The notes under the pieces are model-generated. The model searched no databases. It had not been told where the DNA came from and saw nothing but the letters and a program-made list of their open reading frames with translations. A stretch of DNA of 64,000 bases, taken from the sequence record SRR31156797_1198; one strand, given 5' to 3'. Both the position numbers and the translations under genes were made by a program. Shown here piece after piece: positions 40,921 through 52,124 of this stretch; within the stretch, counting starts at the first letter, position 1; every line of letters begins with the position of its first letter.

Positions 40921-41106
40921 TGTCTGATCGAGTCGATTAGAAACAAGCGCCAAACGTAATAGACCTTATCCGGCCGCGATCAGAGTGCAATACCCCTTAT
41001 CACACTGCTTCATTGGAAGGTGCAGTGGTGTGATGACACTCTTTTCGTTTGGCCGGTTCTTTTCTCGTTTTTCAATCAATACAACACACGTTTTGGAGGT
41101 GGCAAA

Positions 41107-41847
41107 ATGCCCAAATATATGGAGATCGCAGATGTTCTGCGTAAAAGAATCAAGGACGGAACTTATCCGAAAGACAGTCTTTTACCTTATCAAACAGAGT
41201 TAGTGGAAGAGTTTGGCGTCAGCCGAATGACGATTAAAAATGCGGTGAATATCCTGATTATGGAAGGCTTGCTGCTGACAAAGCGCGGCTTAGGGACCAA
41301 AGTTTTGAATCATTCCTTTTGGGGCAAAGATACCTCATCGGTGACAGAATACAAAGGCCTGAGCTATCAGATGAAACAAGAAAAACGGACGTTGACTAGC
41401 CAAGTCATCACCTTTGAAGTCTGTTTTCCTACAACAAGAATTCAAGAGATGCTTCAGATCACTGCCGAACAACCAATCTACCATGTGATCCGTTTGCGGA
41501 TCTTAGAAGGCAATCCATACATACTCGAGCATTCCTATATGCCGTTGGATCTGGTCAGCGGTTTGACGAAAGAGATCTTGGAAGAATCCGTCTATGACTA
41601 TCTGTTGCAAGATTTAGGCTACAAATTTGCTGGTGCTTATCGGACTTTTCAGGCTGCCAAAAGTGATGAATACGATCAAACCTATTTAGCGTGCCAAGCA
41701 GATGATCCAGTATTGGAATTAGAACAGATCATCTATTTAGAATCGGGACGTCCAGTGGACTATTCCTGCAGCCGCAATCGGTATGATGTTCGTGGCTATT
41801 CCATGTTAGACATGAAGCCTGATCTGTTACAGCACCGCAAAAAGTAA
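41107..41847 (+). CDS. GntR/UTRA regulator, paralog of 35749-36465
   Basis: MPKYMEIA...FGVSRMTIK. Shares the FAGAYRT and SRNRYDVR segments with the other GntR. Confidence 0.9.
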   Translation: MPKYMEIADVLRKRIKDGTYPKDSLLPYQTELVEEFGVSRMTIKNAVNILIMEGLLLTKRGLGTKVLNHSFWGKDTSSVTEYKGLSYQMKQEKRTLTSQVITFEVCFPTTRIQEMLQITAEQPIYHVIRLRILEGNPYILEHSYMPLDLVSGLTKEILEESVYDYLLQDLGYKFAGAYRTFQAAKSDEYDQTYLACQADDPVLELEQIIYLESGRPVDYSCSRNRYDVRGYSMLDMKPDLLQHRKK

Positions 41848-41873
41848 CGGCTTACAAAATGGTTCTTCAACGA

Positions 41874-41912
41874 AAAAACGCTTCATAGCTACTGTTGGCT
41901 ATGGAGCGTTTT
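41874..41912. terminator. Bidirectional terminator between gntR and uvrC
   Basis: AAAAACGCTTCATAGC...GCTATGGAGCGTTTTT. Confidence 0.8.
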
Positions 41913-41921
41913 TGTTTTGAC

Positions 41922-43712
41922 TTAAGAAGTGGGTTGGTTTTGATCGCCTAGTTTGGCTAAGATAGTTTCCGCAACGGCTTTGGGAATACCAGCTTGCTGG
42001 ATCTCTTCCACGGAAGCTACTTGGATGTTTTTTAACGACTTGAAGGTTTTCATGAGCTGTTGCTTGCGTTTTGGTCCTAAGCCAGGAATTTCATCTAGCT
42101 TGGAAGAAAAGCTGTTTTTACTGCGCAGTTGGCGATGGAAGGTGATCGCAAAACGATGGACCTCATCTTGGATCCGTTGCAGCAAAAAGAATTCTACAGA
42201 ATTGCGTTCCAGCTGGATCGGATCTAAAAATTCTCCGAAAATCAACTCGCTGGTTTTGTGTTTGTTGTTCTTCACTAACCCGGCAACGGGAATATCTAAA
42301 CCTAGCTGGTTATGCAGCACTTCTTGGGCGGCACCGACTTGGGCTTTCCCACCATCGATGATGATCAGATCAGGAAAAGGCAGGTTTTCTTTTAGGACAC
42401 GAGAGTATCGGCGGTAGATGACTTCTTGCATAGAGCCATAATCATCGCCGCCTTGTGCGGTACGAATCTTATATTTCCGATAATCATCTTTAAACGGCTT
42501 CCCGTCGACAAAAACCACCATTGCAGAAACCGGATCGGTTCCCATGATGTGGGAGTTATCGAAGGCTTCAATCCGATAAGGTGTCGGGATCCCCATGGCA
42601 TCGCCTAGACGATCCACAGCACCGATCGTCCGTTCTTCAGTACGCTCGATCAACGCAAATTTTTGGGCCAAGGCAATGCGGGCATTTTTATTGGCCAAAT
42701 CGACCAATTTCTTTTTGTCGCCTCGTTGGGGCTGCAGGACTTTGGTTTCCAACAGCGCTTCTAATGGGGCAGCATCGACATTTTGCGGAACAAAGACTTC
42801 TTTGGGAATGAAGTGTTCATTCTTTTGGTAAAACTGGCCGACGAAGGTCAAGAAATCTTCATCCGCTTCATTGTAGAAAGGAAACAAAGAGACTTCTCGT
42901 TCGATCAGCTTTCCTTGACGGATAAAGAAGACTTGGACACACATCCAGCCTTTGTCGACACTGTAGCCAAAGACATCACGGTCCATCAGGTCGGTCAAGG
43001 TCATTTTTTGTCGCGTCATGACGGTATCGATCGCTTGGATCTGATCCCGCAGCTCAGCCGCTCGCTCAAACTCTAACGTTTCAATGGCTTCGCCCATCTT
43101 CTCTTTCAGATCTTTCAAAATATCGACGTGACCGCCATGGAAAAAGTGTTTCACTTGATCCACGATCTTCTGATAATCCTTAGGGTCTACATTGTTGACA
43201 TAAGGACAGACACATTGACCCAAATGATAATAAAGACAAGGGCGCTTTTGAGAAGGACCGCACTTTCGCAAAGGAAAGAGACGATCCAGCACCCGTTTGG
43301 TTTCGTTGGCTGCTCGTGCATCAGGATAAGGGCCAAAATATAAAGCCCCGTCTTTCAAAACTTTACGAGTGATGATCAGACGCGGATAGCGCTCTTTGGT
43401 CACTTTAATAAAAGGATACGACTTGTCGTCCTTTAACATGATATTGTATTTTGGTTTGTTTTTTTGAATCAAATTGATTTCCAGCAATAAAGCTTCCGTA
43501 TTTGATTCGGTAACGACGTACTCAAAATCATTGATTTCTTGAACGAGCCGTTCGGTTTTCGTATCGTGGCTGCCGGTAAAATACGAACGGACACGATTTT
43601 TTAAAATTTTGGCTTTCCCAACATAGATGATTTTGTTATTTTTATCTTTCATTAAATAACAACCAGGTTGATCAGGAAGCAGCGCTAATTTGTTCTTGAT
43701 TTGTTCGTTCAT
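41922..43712 (-). CDS. uvrC: Excinuclease ABC subunit C
   Basis: GIY-YIG domain (PGCYLM...YVGKAK.L..RV.SYF), [21 protein letters not shown], HhH. Confidence 0.98.
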   Translation of the reverse strand: MNEQIKNKLALLPDQPGCYLMKDKNNKIIYVGKAKILKNRVRSYFTGSHDTKTERLVQEINDFEYVVTESNTEALLLEINLIQKNKPKYNIMLKDDKSYPFIKVTKERYPRLIITRKVLKDGALYFGPYPDARAANETKRVLDRLFPLRKCGPSQKRPCLYYHLGQCVCPYVNNVDPKDYQKIVDQVKHFFHGGHVDILKDLKEKMGEAIETLEFERAAELRDQIQAIDTVMTRQKMTLTDLMDRDVFGYSVDKGWMCVQVFFIRQGKLIEREVSLFPFYNEADEDFLTFVGQFYQKNEHFIPKEVFVPQNVDAAPLEALLETKVLQPQRGDKKKLVDLANKNARIALAQKFALIERTEERTIGAVDRLGDAMGIPTPYRIEAFDNSHIMGTDPVSAMVVFVDGKPFKDDYRKYKIRTAQGGDDYGSMQEVIYRRYSRVLKENLPFPDLIIIDGGKAQVGAAQEVLHNQLGLDIPVAGLVKNNKHKTSELIFGEFLDPIQLERNSVEFFLLQRIQDEVHRFAITFHRQLRSKNSFSSKLDEIPGLGPKRKQQLMKTFKSLKNIQVASVEEIQQAGIPKAVAETILAKLGDQNQPTS

Positions 43713-43944
43713 TTCAAGATCCTTTCTTACTGGTTTGCTTCACGAACTGCATAATTAGTCAAAGGGCGGTCTAAGTTTCCCTCAAAAAGGGGAACGTTAG
43801 AGCCCATAGCCAGTACTCCTCATTTTAGCACAAATTTCTTAAGAAACAATCAATCGGACCAGATCGGCAGCGAGGAAGCGTAATCGTAAGAAAAGGTTAA
43901 GAAATCCCACGAGGCGGTGGTTCCCCAAAAAAATCAGTTTGTTT

Positions 43945-44781
43945 TTATACGCTTGCCACCTGTGAGGGATCGTTTTGCGACCACTCCTGAATGAAGGTCC
44001 GCAATCCCTCAATGGCTGGTTCTGTGACTACTTTGCGCTGGATGAGGTAAAATTGGCGCTCAAAGTTTTTATCCAGCAGTTGATAGCCAATGCCGTGGGC
44101 GGCTCGCTTGGAAAGGATCGAACAGCCGAAGCCTTGTTTCAGCAAAGCGACAATCAATTCATTGCTGGCGATCTCGATGATCGGGCCTTGAATATTCTGT
44201 TCCTCCAGATAGCGTTTAGTGTAATAGTAGACACCAGAACTCGCTTCACGGACGAGCCAAGGACCGGCTTGGGGATCACCGGCTAAGACGAGCTGATCTT
44301 TCAAAATCGGGAAACGCAAAATACTTGGTGCAGATAAGGGTTTTTCAATGATCCCTAAATCTAGTTGATGTTGTTCAAGCGCTGTTAAGACTTCAGCGGA
44401 GTTCATCATCGATACCCGAAAACGCACCGTGGGAAAGGCGTTGTATAAAGCAATCATCAAGTTAGGCATCAAGGCCATCGCATAGGTATGAGAGATGCCT
44501 AGGGCACAGTGGCTTTGGTGCTGCGTGTTGGTATGGATCTCGCTGGTGATCGTCGACCACTCATCCAATAAATTCAGTGCCTTTTCGTAAAGGTACTCTG
44601 CTTGGGGTGTGGCGATCACGTTTTTGCGACCATTGCGTAAAAAGAGCGGTGTATCCAGGTCTTGTTCCAACTGCTTGATTTGAGCAGAAACCGTGGGCTG
44701 CGAAATAAATAGCAATTCGGCAGCTTTCGAAAAATTTTTCGTTTCATAGACCATCTTAAAAGTCTCCAATAATTTTAACAT
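43945..44781 (-). CDS. LysR-family regulator
   Basis: NFSKAAELLFISQPTVSAQIKQLE HTH. Divergent from a YeiH-type gene. Confidence 0.92.
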   Translation of the reverse strand: MLKLLETFKMVYETKNFSKAAELLFISQPTVSAQIKQLEQDLDTPLFLRNGRKNVIATPQAEYLYEKALNLLDEWSTITSEIHTNTQHQSHCALGISHTYAMALMPNLMIALYNAFPTVRFRVSMMNSAEVLTALEQHQLDLGIIEKPLSAPSILRFPILKDQLVLAGDPQAGPWLVREASSGVYYYTKRYLEEQNIQGPIIEIASNELIVALLKQGFGCSILSKRAAHGIGYQLLDKNFERQFYLIQRKVVTEPAIEGLRTFIQEWSQNDPSQVASV

Positions 44782-44885
44782 TGCAATCCCTTCCATTAGA
44801 AAATTCAATCATAACTATTATACCAATAAATCCTACTGATCGGTCAATCTGTGTATAATGGATGTTATATGAAAGGATGAAAGCA

Positions 44886-45884
44886 ATGAAGCAACGACAA
44901 ACAGCTTTGATACTTCCCGGTTTGTTCCTGTCCTTTTCGGTAGCCGTCATCGCCCGAATCATGGCTTTGGCTGTGCCAAAATTAGGGGGAGCAACCCTTG
45001 CTATTTTATTAGGAATCATTTTAGGAAATACACTGTTCAAGCAAGAACGCTATCAAGTCGGGACGAAGGTTGCGGAAAGTCGTCTCCTAGAATATTCGGT
45101 GGTTTTGCTGGGCTTTACCGTCACTTTCCAGACTATCAGTGAAATGGGTCTTCGGGGCTTTCTCTTTATTTTGCTGATGATGAGCTTGGTCATTACCGCT
45201 GCTTATTTGATAGGGAAAAAAATGGGCTTTAATCAAAAGATGAGCCTGATGATGGCAGGCGGCAATGCTGTCTGTGGTTCCTCTGCGATTGCGGCGATCG
45301 CACCAGCCATTGATGCCGATGATGAAGAAAAAGGGCAGATCATCACCTTGGTCAATCTTTTAGGAACGGTGATGATGCTGACGCTGCCGTTTTTAGGCTT
45401 GGCCTTATACGGCGATGATCTATTGCAAAAAAGCGCCTTACTTGGCGGCACACTGCAATCCGTCGGGCAAGTCGTGGCGGGGGCTAGTTTGATTGATGCC
45501 GACACCGTCAAATACGCGATGCTCTTTAAAATCGCGCGCATCATCATGTTGGCAGTCGTCGTCATTGTTTTTGAACGAATGACGACAAAGACCCCCACCA
45601 AAACCAAAGGCAAAGGTAAGCTACGGCTGCCAATCCCTTGGTATGTGTTGGGCTTCTTGACCATCTGTATCTTGAACAGCTTCTTGCCGCTGCCTAGCTG
45701 GTTGAATGAGGGGGCTCATTTTATCAGTACGTGGTTTGAAACAACGGCGTTGGCAGCCATCGGTTTGCGCCTGGATTTCCGCAAGTTTTTAAAAGAAGGA
45801 CCGCGCTTTTTATTCTATGGTCTTTCCGTTGGAGCCGTCCAAACCGTGGGTGCTGTTGCGTTGATTTGGTTGCTGCGGCTCTAA
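44886..45884 (+). CDS. YeiH/UPF0324 membrane protein (putative exporter)
   Basis: [13 protein letters not shown] motif and ~10 TMs. Typical divergent LysR pairing. Confidence 0.85.
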   Translation: MKQRQTALILPGLFLSFSVAVIARIMALAVPKLGGATLAILLGIILGNTLFKQERYQVGTKVAESRLLEYSVVLLGFTVTFQTISEMGLRGFLFILLMMSLVITAAYLIGKKMGFNQKMSLMMAGGNAVCGSSAIAAIAPAIDADDEEKGQIITLVNLLGTVMMLTLPFLGLALYGDDLLQKSALLGGTLQSVGQVVAGASLIDADTVKYAMLFKIARIIMLAVVVIVFERMTTKTPTKTKGKGKLRLPIPWYVLGFLTICILNSFLPLPSWLNEGAHFISTWFETTALAAIGLRLDFRKFLKEGPRFLFYGLSVGAVQTVGAVALIWLLRL

Positions 45885-46049
45885 TTCACACGAGGCACAT
45901 CCCATAAAGCACGTTTGAAGCGTACGATTGTTTAACGAAAAAAGCCACGACGGTTGATCGAAGGGCACGCTTTGCTGTTTCTGTTGGAAGAGGCAGCAAG
46001 GCGTGGCTTTTCAGATCAACTGTCGGGCTTTTTTTAGCGACAAAGATGG

Positions 46050-46817
46050 TTAGACGGGAACTTGGATGACTTGAACACCTTGTTGCTCAATCAAGTCGAT
46101 GACTTTGGGATCAGAATAATGGTCGGTGATCAGCAGATCGATAGCCGCAATTGCGCCAATCGTAAAATTGGATTGCTTACCGATTTTTCGATAATCCGCG
46201 ATAACGATCAACTTGCCAGAATTTTCGATGATTTTCGCATTGACTTTGGCTTCGTGGATCACTGAAGTGGAAATGCCGGTCTGTAAATCTAACCCACTAC
46301 AACCAATGATCGTAACATCAGAACGAACATGAGAAAACGACTCCACGGCGATATCCCCTGACAAGGCCGCTTTAGGATAGCGTATTTCGCCGCCACTTAA
46401 AACGATCGTTGATTTTGGATGGTGTTCCATTTGGATCACACTTGTATTGTTCGTCAACAAACTGATTCGTTTGTCCGTTAGATGGCGCAACGTTTGAGCG
46501 GCGCTAGTACTCGTATTGACGAAAAGGGTATCGCCATCTTTTACTTGGCGAGCCGCTTCTTTGGCTAGTCGATCTTTGATGTACTCGATCGAGTCGGTGG
46601 GATGCGCTTCATCTTCATAAGCTTCACAGTATTCGATTTTTCCGTGGGTTTGTTTGATCTGACCCATCTCACTCAGTACGGTACAGTCTCTGCGGATCGT
46701 CATCTCTGATACTCCCAACTGATGACTGAGGGTCTTCACATCAGAAAAACCAGATGTTTTTATCAGATCGATCAATTGTTTTCTCCTTTGCCTCACTTCT
46801 TCATTGGAACGTTTCAC
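46050..46817 (-). CDS. DeoR-family regulator of the ascorbate operon
   Basis: LGVSEMTIRRD HTH plus DeoR C-domain. Divergent from ulaG. Confidence 0.88.
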   Translation of the reverse strand: MKRSNEEVRQRRKQLIDLIKTSGFSDVKTLSHQLGVSEMTIRRDCTVLSEMGQIKQTHGKIEYCEAYEDEAHPTDSIEYIKDRLAKEAARQVKDGDTLFVNTSTSAAQTLRHLTDKRISLLTNNTSVIQMEHHPKSTIVLSGGEIRYPKAALSGDIAVESFSHVRSDVTIIGCSGLDLQTGISTSVIHEAKVNAKIIENSGKLIVIADYRKIGKQSNFTIGAIAAIDLLITDHYSDPKVIDLIEQQGVQVIQVPV

Positions 46818-47090
46818 GATACTTCCTCCTTACATGCGCTTTATTCTATTCTTGTCTTTCATCGTTTATCCAGATTGCGATTGCCTTTGCATAGCAAAAA
46901 CCTTCTCGCCTCCTTCTCGCAAGTTCAAGTGATGATCCCACACCACTTGTTGAGAAGCAACGATGTGTTTGTTGTTTCTTCTTTCGAACTCATTTTAACA
47001 TATCCCCTATACATTACCATATATATTAAATAATCACATTTATTTATGGGTTAATTAACATATAATAAGCTAAATTAACATAAAACTAGA

Positions 47091-47118
47091 TTGAAAGCGT
47101 TTTTCTATATGTTAGAAT
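47091..47118 (+). promoter_or_regulatory. ula promoter with overlapping cre site
   Basis: TTGAAA -35 within TGAAAGCGTTTTTC, and extended -10 TGtTAGAAT. Confidence 0.65.
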
Positions 47119-47149
47119 CAAAGTGTAAATAAGCAAGGGAGGAATAAGA

Positions 47150-48214
47150 ATGGCACATGTAAATGATGTTTCGAAAGAGAGTTGGCTTTTAAATACGTTT
47201 CCAGAATGGGGGACCTATTTGAACGAAGAGATTGAAAATGAGCTTGTGAAAGAAGGCACAGTTTCCATGTGGTGGCTAGGCTGTACGGGTATTTGGCTGA
47301 AGAGTGCGGAAGGAACCAATATTTTATGCGACCTTTGGTGTGGCACTGGCAAGCGCAGTCATGGGAATGGGCAAATGAAAAAAGGCCATCAAATGATGCG
47401 AATGAGTGGTGTACAAGAAATGCAGCCTAACCTACGGACTCAGCCCTTTGTGATCGATCCATTTGCAATCAAAGGAGTGGATGCGTTAGTGGTGACCCAC
47501 ATCCATTCCGATCATTTAGACATCAATACCGCAGCCGCAGTCCATCAAAATTGTCCAGAAGCAAAATTCGTTGGTCCCCATGAAGTCGTTGCAACTTGGT
47601 TGAAATGGGGAATACCAGAAGAAAAAACCATCGTGGTCAAACCGGGGGATGAAGTGACCATTGGGCAGGTGAAAATCGTCGCTTTAGAAGCATTCGATCG
47701 AACCGCTCTGATTACTTGTGAAGATCCGGATACCAGCTTGAAAGGAAAAATGCCACAGGACATGGATCGTATCGCAGTCAATTACTTGTTTGAGACTTCC
47801 GGTGGGGCGATTTATCATGCAGGAGATTCTCATTATTCGAATGTATTTGCTAAACATGGGAATCAGTACAAGATCGATGTTTGCTTAGGTGCATATGGCG
47901 AAAACCCGCGGGGCATCACCGACAAAGTTACATCAGTCGATATGTTGCGGATGGCCGAATCCCTCAATGCCAAAGTGGTGATTCCCGTACATTATGATAT
48001 CTGGTCCAATTTTATGGCTGATCCAAAAGAGATCACCGAGATTTGGAAGTTTAAAAAAGATCGTTTGAACTATGAGTTTAAACCGTATATTTGGCAAGTT
48101 GGCGGCAAATTCACCTACCCAACGAATAAAGATGATCTTGAATTTAATTTCTATCGTGGCTTCAAAGATGTTTTTTCGGTCGACAATGATACGCCATTCC
48201 CTTCTTTCTTATAA
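47150..48214 (+). CDS. ulaG: L-ascorbate-6-phosphate lactonase
   Basis: [25 protein letters not shown] metallo-beta-lactamase motif. Confidence 0.95.
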   Translation: MAHVNDVSKESWLLNTFPEWGTYLNEEIENELVKEGTVSMWWLGCTGIWLKSAEGTNILCDLWCGTGKRSHGNGQMKKGHQMMRMSGVQEMQPNLRTQPFVIDPFAIKGVDALVVTHIHSDHLDINTAAAVHQNCPEAKFVGPHEVVATWLKWGIPEEKTIVVKPGDEVTIGQVKIVALEAFDRTALITCEDPDTSLKGKMPQDMDRIAVNYLFETSGGAIYHAGDSHYSNVFAKHGNQYKIDVCLGAYGENPRGITDKVTSVDMLRMAESLNAKVVIPVHYDIWSNFMADPKEITEIWKFKKDRLNYEFKPYIWQVGGKFTYPTNKDDLEFNFYRGFKDVFSVDNDTPFPSFL

Positions 48215-48261
48215 AAGAAGGGGGGATTCTGCAAAAGCCAAATTTGAAAGGAGCAAACGTA

Positions 48262-48735
48262 ATGCTGCGTTATTTTTATGAAAATGAGTTGGTTGCAATC
48301 AACCATGAACAGCCCGAAGACTGGGAAGCTGCTATCTGGGCGAGTGGCGAAGGATTAAAGCAAAAGGCGTTGATTACGGATCAGTACATTGAAGATGTCA
48401 TTCGGGATGTCCATCAATACGGTCCTTATATTGTGATCATTCCCAAAGTAGCCATGCCCCATTCTTCAGCAGAAAGCAAAGGCGTCTTAGGAACAGGGAT
48501 CGGGCTGACGATTTTTCCAGCGCCCGTCTCGTTTCAGGAAGATAATCCGGACAAGGAGGCGCAGTTGTTCTTTATGCTCGCTGCCAAAAACGCTGAAGCA
48601 CATATGAACAATATCGCTGGTTTATCAGAGATGTTGATGGAAGAGGGGCTGGTAGAAGATCTATTAGGTGTAAAAACGATGGCAGATTTTGAAATGGTGA
48701 TGGAGAAATATGACCAAAAAGAAAGCAGGGATTAG
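48262..48735 (+). CDS. ulaC: Ascorbate PTS EIIA
   Basis: GPYIVI.P.VAMPH phospho-His motif and operon context. Confidence 0.88.
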   Translation: MLRYFYENELVAINHEQPEDWEAAIWASGEGLKQKALITDQYIEDVIRDVHQYGPYIVIIPKVAMPHSSAESKGVLGTGIGLTIFPAPVSFQEDNPDKEAQLFFMLAAKNAEAHMNNIAGLSEMLMEEGLVEDLLGVKTMADFEMVMEKYDQKESRD

Positions 48736-50202
48736 ATGGAAGTGGTAGGAGATTTCTTATTGAGATGCTGGGATTACTTTGCTCAGAATATTTTGATGCA
48801 GCCAGCTTTTTTGATCGGTTTTATTGTACTGATCGGTTACTTACTATTGAAACGGCCGTTTGTTGAATGTGTCGCAGGTTTCTTAAAAGCCACCGTTGGT
48901 TACTTGATTTTGACGATTGGCTCTGGTGGATTGGTCAATAATTTCCGTCCGATCTTGGTGGGGCTTAAGGAGCGTTTTGAATTAGATGCGATGGTCACTG
49001 ACCCGTATTTTGGTCAAAATGCGATCACCGCCGGCATTGAAGAACGATTCGGACGCACCTTTGGTGACACGATGCTCTTATTATTGATTGCCTTTGTTTT
49101 TAATATCTTACTCGTTCGCTTTAAAAAATATACGAAGCTGCGGGCCGTCTTTACTACTGGAAATGTGCAAGTACAGCAAGCCGCAACGGCCTTTTGGTTA
49201 CTGCTATTTTGTTTTCCAGACTTGGGGCGGATCGAAGTCTTACTTGTCATGGGCTTGATCTTAGGCTGCTATTGGGCGGTTGGTTCCAATTTGACCGTGG
49301 GCATCTGTCAAGATTTGACGGAAGGTGCTGGTTTTGCGATTGCCCATCAACAGATGTTTGGTGTTTATTTCTTTGCGAGACTTGCGGAACGGTTCAAAAA
49401 GAACAAATCCAACCGGAAATTAGAAGATGTCGAACTACCGGGTTTTTTATCGGTCTTCAATGAAAATATGGTATCGACTTCGATCCTGATGCTCTTTTTC
49501 TTCGGTATCATTTTAGTGACACTTGGACAAGATTATTTAATAACAGCAGGATTTATGGCAGAAGGACAAAGTTTCTTATTTTATATTTTACAAACATCAC
49601 TGATGTTTGCCGTCTACTTAGCAATTCTTCAATTAGGTGTGCGCACCTTCGTTTCCGAATTGACCGAGTCATTTCAAGGAATCTCAAATACGATTTTACC
49701 AGGTGCTGTTCCGGGGATCGATATCGCGGCAACCTTTGCCTTTGGTTCACCAAATGCTGTGACGGTGGGCTTTTTATTCGGTGCATTAGGACAATTTTTA
49801 ATGATTGCTTTACTGATTTTGTTCCGGTCACCAACGATCGTGATTGCCGGGTTTATCCCACTGTTCTTTGATAATGCAGCGATTGCCGTTTTTGCCAACA
49901 ACCGTGGAGGTATCAAGGCGGCTTGTCTTTTCCCATTCTTATCAGGCATCATTCAGATCGGTGGTTCGGCCTTGATCGCTACTTGGGTAGGATTGTCCCA
50001 ATATGGCGGCTATCTTGGTATGTTCGACTGGGCGACCGTCTGGCCATTCTTTACAGTATTGATGAAATTCTTAGGCATCATTGGTGTGGTTCTTGTGGTG
50101 GTGATCTTATTAGTGATTCCGCAATTGCAGTATCGCAGAGATCCAGAAGGATATTTCTTGATCGTAGATGATTACGATGCGTATGTAGAAAAACAAAAAT
50201 AA
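48736..50202 (+). CDS. ulaA: Ascorbate PTS EIIC
   Basis: SgaT/UlaA motifs FAIAHQQ and GFIPLFFDN. Confidence 0.9.
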   Translation: MEVVGDFLLRCWDYFAQNILMQPAFLIGFIVLIGYLLLKRPFVECVAGFLKATVGYLILTIGSGGLVNNFRPILVGLKERFELDAMVTDPYFGQNAITAGIEERFGRTFGDTMLLLLIAFVFNILLVRFKKYTKLRAVFTTGNVQVQQAATAFWLLLFCFPDLGRIEVLLVMGLILGCYWAVGSNLTVGICQDLTEGAGFAIAHQQMFGVYFFARLAERFKKNKSNRKLEDVELPGFLSVFNENMVSTSILMLFFFGIILVTLGQDYLITAGFMAEGQSFLFYILQTSLMFAVYLAILQLGVRTFVSELTESFQGISNTILPGAVPGIDIAATFAFGSPNAVTVGFLFGALGQFLMIALLILFRSPTIVIAGFIPLFFDNAAIAVFANNRGGIKAACLFPFLSGIIQIGGSALIATWVGLSQYGGYLGMFDWATVWPFFTVLMKFLGIIGVVLVVVILLVIPQLQYRRDPEGYFLIVDDYDAYVEKQK

Positions 50203-50225
50203 TGAATTCTTAGGAGGAAAAAACG

Positions 50226-50519
50226 ATGAGAGTATTAGTATCTTGTGCAAATGGATCAGGAACAAGTTTGATGATGATGCGGAGTGTTGAAAAAGCTTTG
50301 AAGTCTGAAGGGATCACAATCACCTCTATCCACCACTGCGCGATTTCTGAAGGCAAAAGCACCGCCAAGAATTACGATGTGGTCTTTACGCCAATGAACT
50401 TTGTCAATATGTTCGATAAAGCAAAAGAAAAGGGCGTAACAGTAATCGGGGTCAAAAATGTGATGTCTCCAAAAGAAATCATTGAGCGGGTCAGAGAAGC
50501 GGGTCTTTCAAAGGAGTAG
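50226..50519 (+). CDS. ulaB: Ascorbate PTS EIIB
   Basis: CANGSGTS phospho-Cys P-loop. Confidence 0.9.
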   Translation: MRVLVSCANGSGTSLMMMRSVEKALKSEGITITSIHHCAISEGKSTAKNYDVVFTPMNFVNMFDKAKEKGVTVIGVKNVMSPKEIIERVREAGLSKE

Positions 50520-50579
50520 TCAGCGTAACAGGATGTGGCAAAACAAAAAGGTTGGTCAAACAAAAGAGAGGGGAATTTC

Positions 50580-51218
50580 ATGAGCATACCAAAACTACAG
50601 ATTGCTTGCGATCACTCCGATTTAGCTAGTGCACTAGCAGATATCAAAAAAGTCGGCGATGTGGTTGATATTATTGAAGCAGGGACTATTTTATTGTTGC
50701 AAGAAGGAGAACAGGTATTACGCTGTTTCCGAGCAATGTATCCGGAGAAGTTGATCGTAGCAGACACAAAATGTGCCGATGCCGGTGGGACGGTCGCCAA
50801 AAACTGCCAGCAAGCTGGCGCGGATTATATGACCGTGATTTGTGCAGCAACGATCCCAACAATGAAGGCAGCGGCAAAAGAAATTGCTGAGATCCAAGTA
50901 GAATTATATGGTGACTGGACCTACCAGCAAGCACAGCAGTGGCTAGATGCCGGCATCTCACAAGCCATCTATCATCAAAGTCGTGACGCATTGTTAGCTG
51001 GTGAAACATGGGGAGAAAAAGATTTAACGAAAGTCCGTAAATTGATCGATATGGGGTTTCGAGTGTCCGTCACGGGAGGATTGAGCGTCGAGACGTTGGC
51101 TCTGTTTGCCGGCATTGATGTGTATACCTTTATCACAGGACGAGGCATCACTGCCGCTGACGATCCGCAACAAGCAGCAGTTGATTTCAAGCAAGAGATT
51201 TTACGGATTTGGGGGTAG
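50580..51218 (+). CDS. ulaD: 3-keto-L-gulonate-6-phosphate decarboxylase
   Basis: EAGTIL, ADTKCADAG, YHQSRDA motifs. Confidence 0.93.
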   Translation: MSIPKLQIACDHSDLASALADIKKVGDVVDIIEAGTILLLQEGEQVLRCFRAMYPEKLIVADTKCADAGGTVAKNCQQAGADYMTVICAATIPTMKAAAKEIAEIQVELYGDWTYQQAQQWLDAGISQAIYHQSRDALLAGETWGEKDLTKVRKLIDMGFRVSVTGGLSVETLALFAGIDVYTFITGRGITAADDPQQAAVDFKQEILRIWG

Positions 51219-51224
51219 TTTTCT

Positions 51225-52124
51225 ATGAGTTTGATCGGTCTATATGAAAAAGCAACACCCAAAGCCCTTTCTTGGCCGGAACGATTGCAGTTTGTCAAAG
51301 ACCGAGGTTTCGACTTCATTGAAATGTCCATCGATGAATCCGATGAACGCTTGGCACGCCTAGAGTGGAACCAAGCACAGCGCAAAGAGATCGTCGAGGC
51401 AATCTATGACTCGGGGATCAAAATCTTGTCTTTATGTCTCAGTGGACATCGGCGGTTTCCCTTTGGTTCGATCGATGAAAAAAAGCGCAAGCACGCGATG
51501 CATCTGATGGAAAAAGCCATCGACTTGGCTTCAGATTTGGGTATTCGCTGCATCCAATTAGCCGGATACGATGTGTATTATGAGGAAAAAAGTCTTTGTA
51601 GCCGAGAATGGTTCATTGCCAATCTAAAAGAAGCCGTCGCCAGGGCGTCTGAAAAGGGGGTCGTTTTGTCACTAGAGATCATGGATGATCCGTTTCTGAA
51701 TTCTATCTCAAAGTATTTACGGATCAAGGAGCAGATCCCTTCACCCTATCTACAAGTCTATCCAGATGTCGGGAACCTGTCGGCCTGGCCAGAAAATGAT
51801 GTCGGTTATGAATTAGAAAAAGGCATTTGCGAGATTACCCAGATTCATTTGAAAGATACATTGGCGGTCTCAGATAAGTTTCGAGGAAAGTTTAAAGAAG
51901 TACCGTTTGGCACTGGGTGTGTTGATTTTGATGGCTGCTTACGCACGCTGAAGCGGTTGAATTATAACGGTTCTTTTGTCATCGAGATGTGGAGTGAGAC
52001 GAGCGCTGACCCGATTGGGGAGATTGAACAAGCCAAAGCATATTTATTACCAAAACTAAAGGAGGTCGGTTACCTTGATCAATCAGCTTCAATTGATGAA
52101 AGAGCGAGTTTATCAAGCCAATAA
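51225..52124 (+). CDS. ulaE: L-xylulose-5-phosphate 3-epimerase
   Basis: GLYEKA, EMSIDESDERL.RL, CLSGHRRFP, QLAGYDVYYE. Confidence 0.93.
   Translation: MSLIGLYEKATPKALSWPERLQFVKDRGFDFIEMSIDESDERLARLEWNQAQRKEIVEAIYDSGIKILSLCLSGHRRFPFGSIDEKKRKHAMHLMEKAIDLASDLGIRCIQLAGYDVYYEEKSLCSREWFIANLKEAVARASEKGVVLSLEIMDDPFLNSISKYLRIKEQIPSPYLQVYPDVGNLSAWPENDVGYELEKGICEITQIHLKDTLAVSDKFRGKFKEVPFGTGCVDFDGCLRTLKRLNYNGSFVIEMWSETSADPIGEIEQAKAYLLPKLKEVGYLDQSASIDERASLSSQ

Noticed and set aside
43762-43806. Hairpin in the uvrC leader as an SOS or regulatory element
   Set aside because: No convincing GAAC-N4-GTTC box and no U-tract, so no function can be supported.
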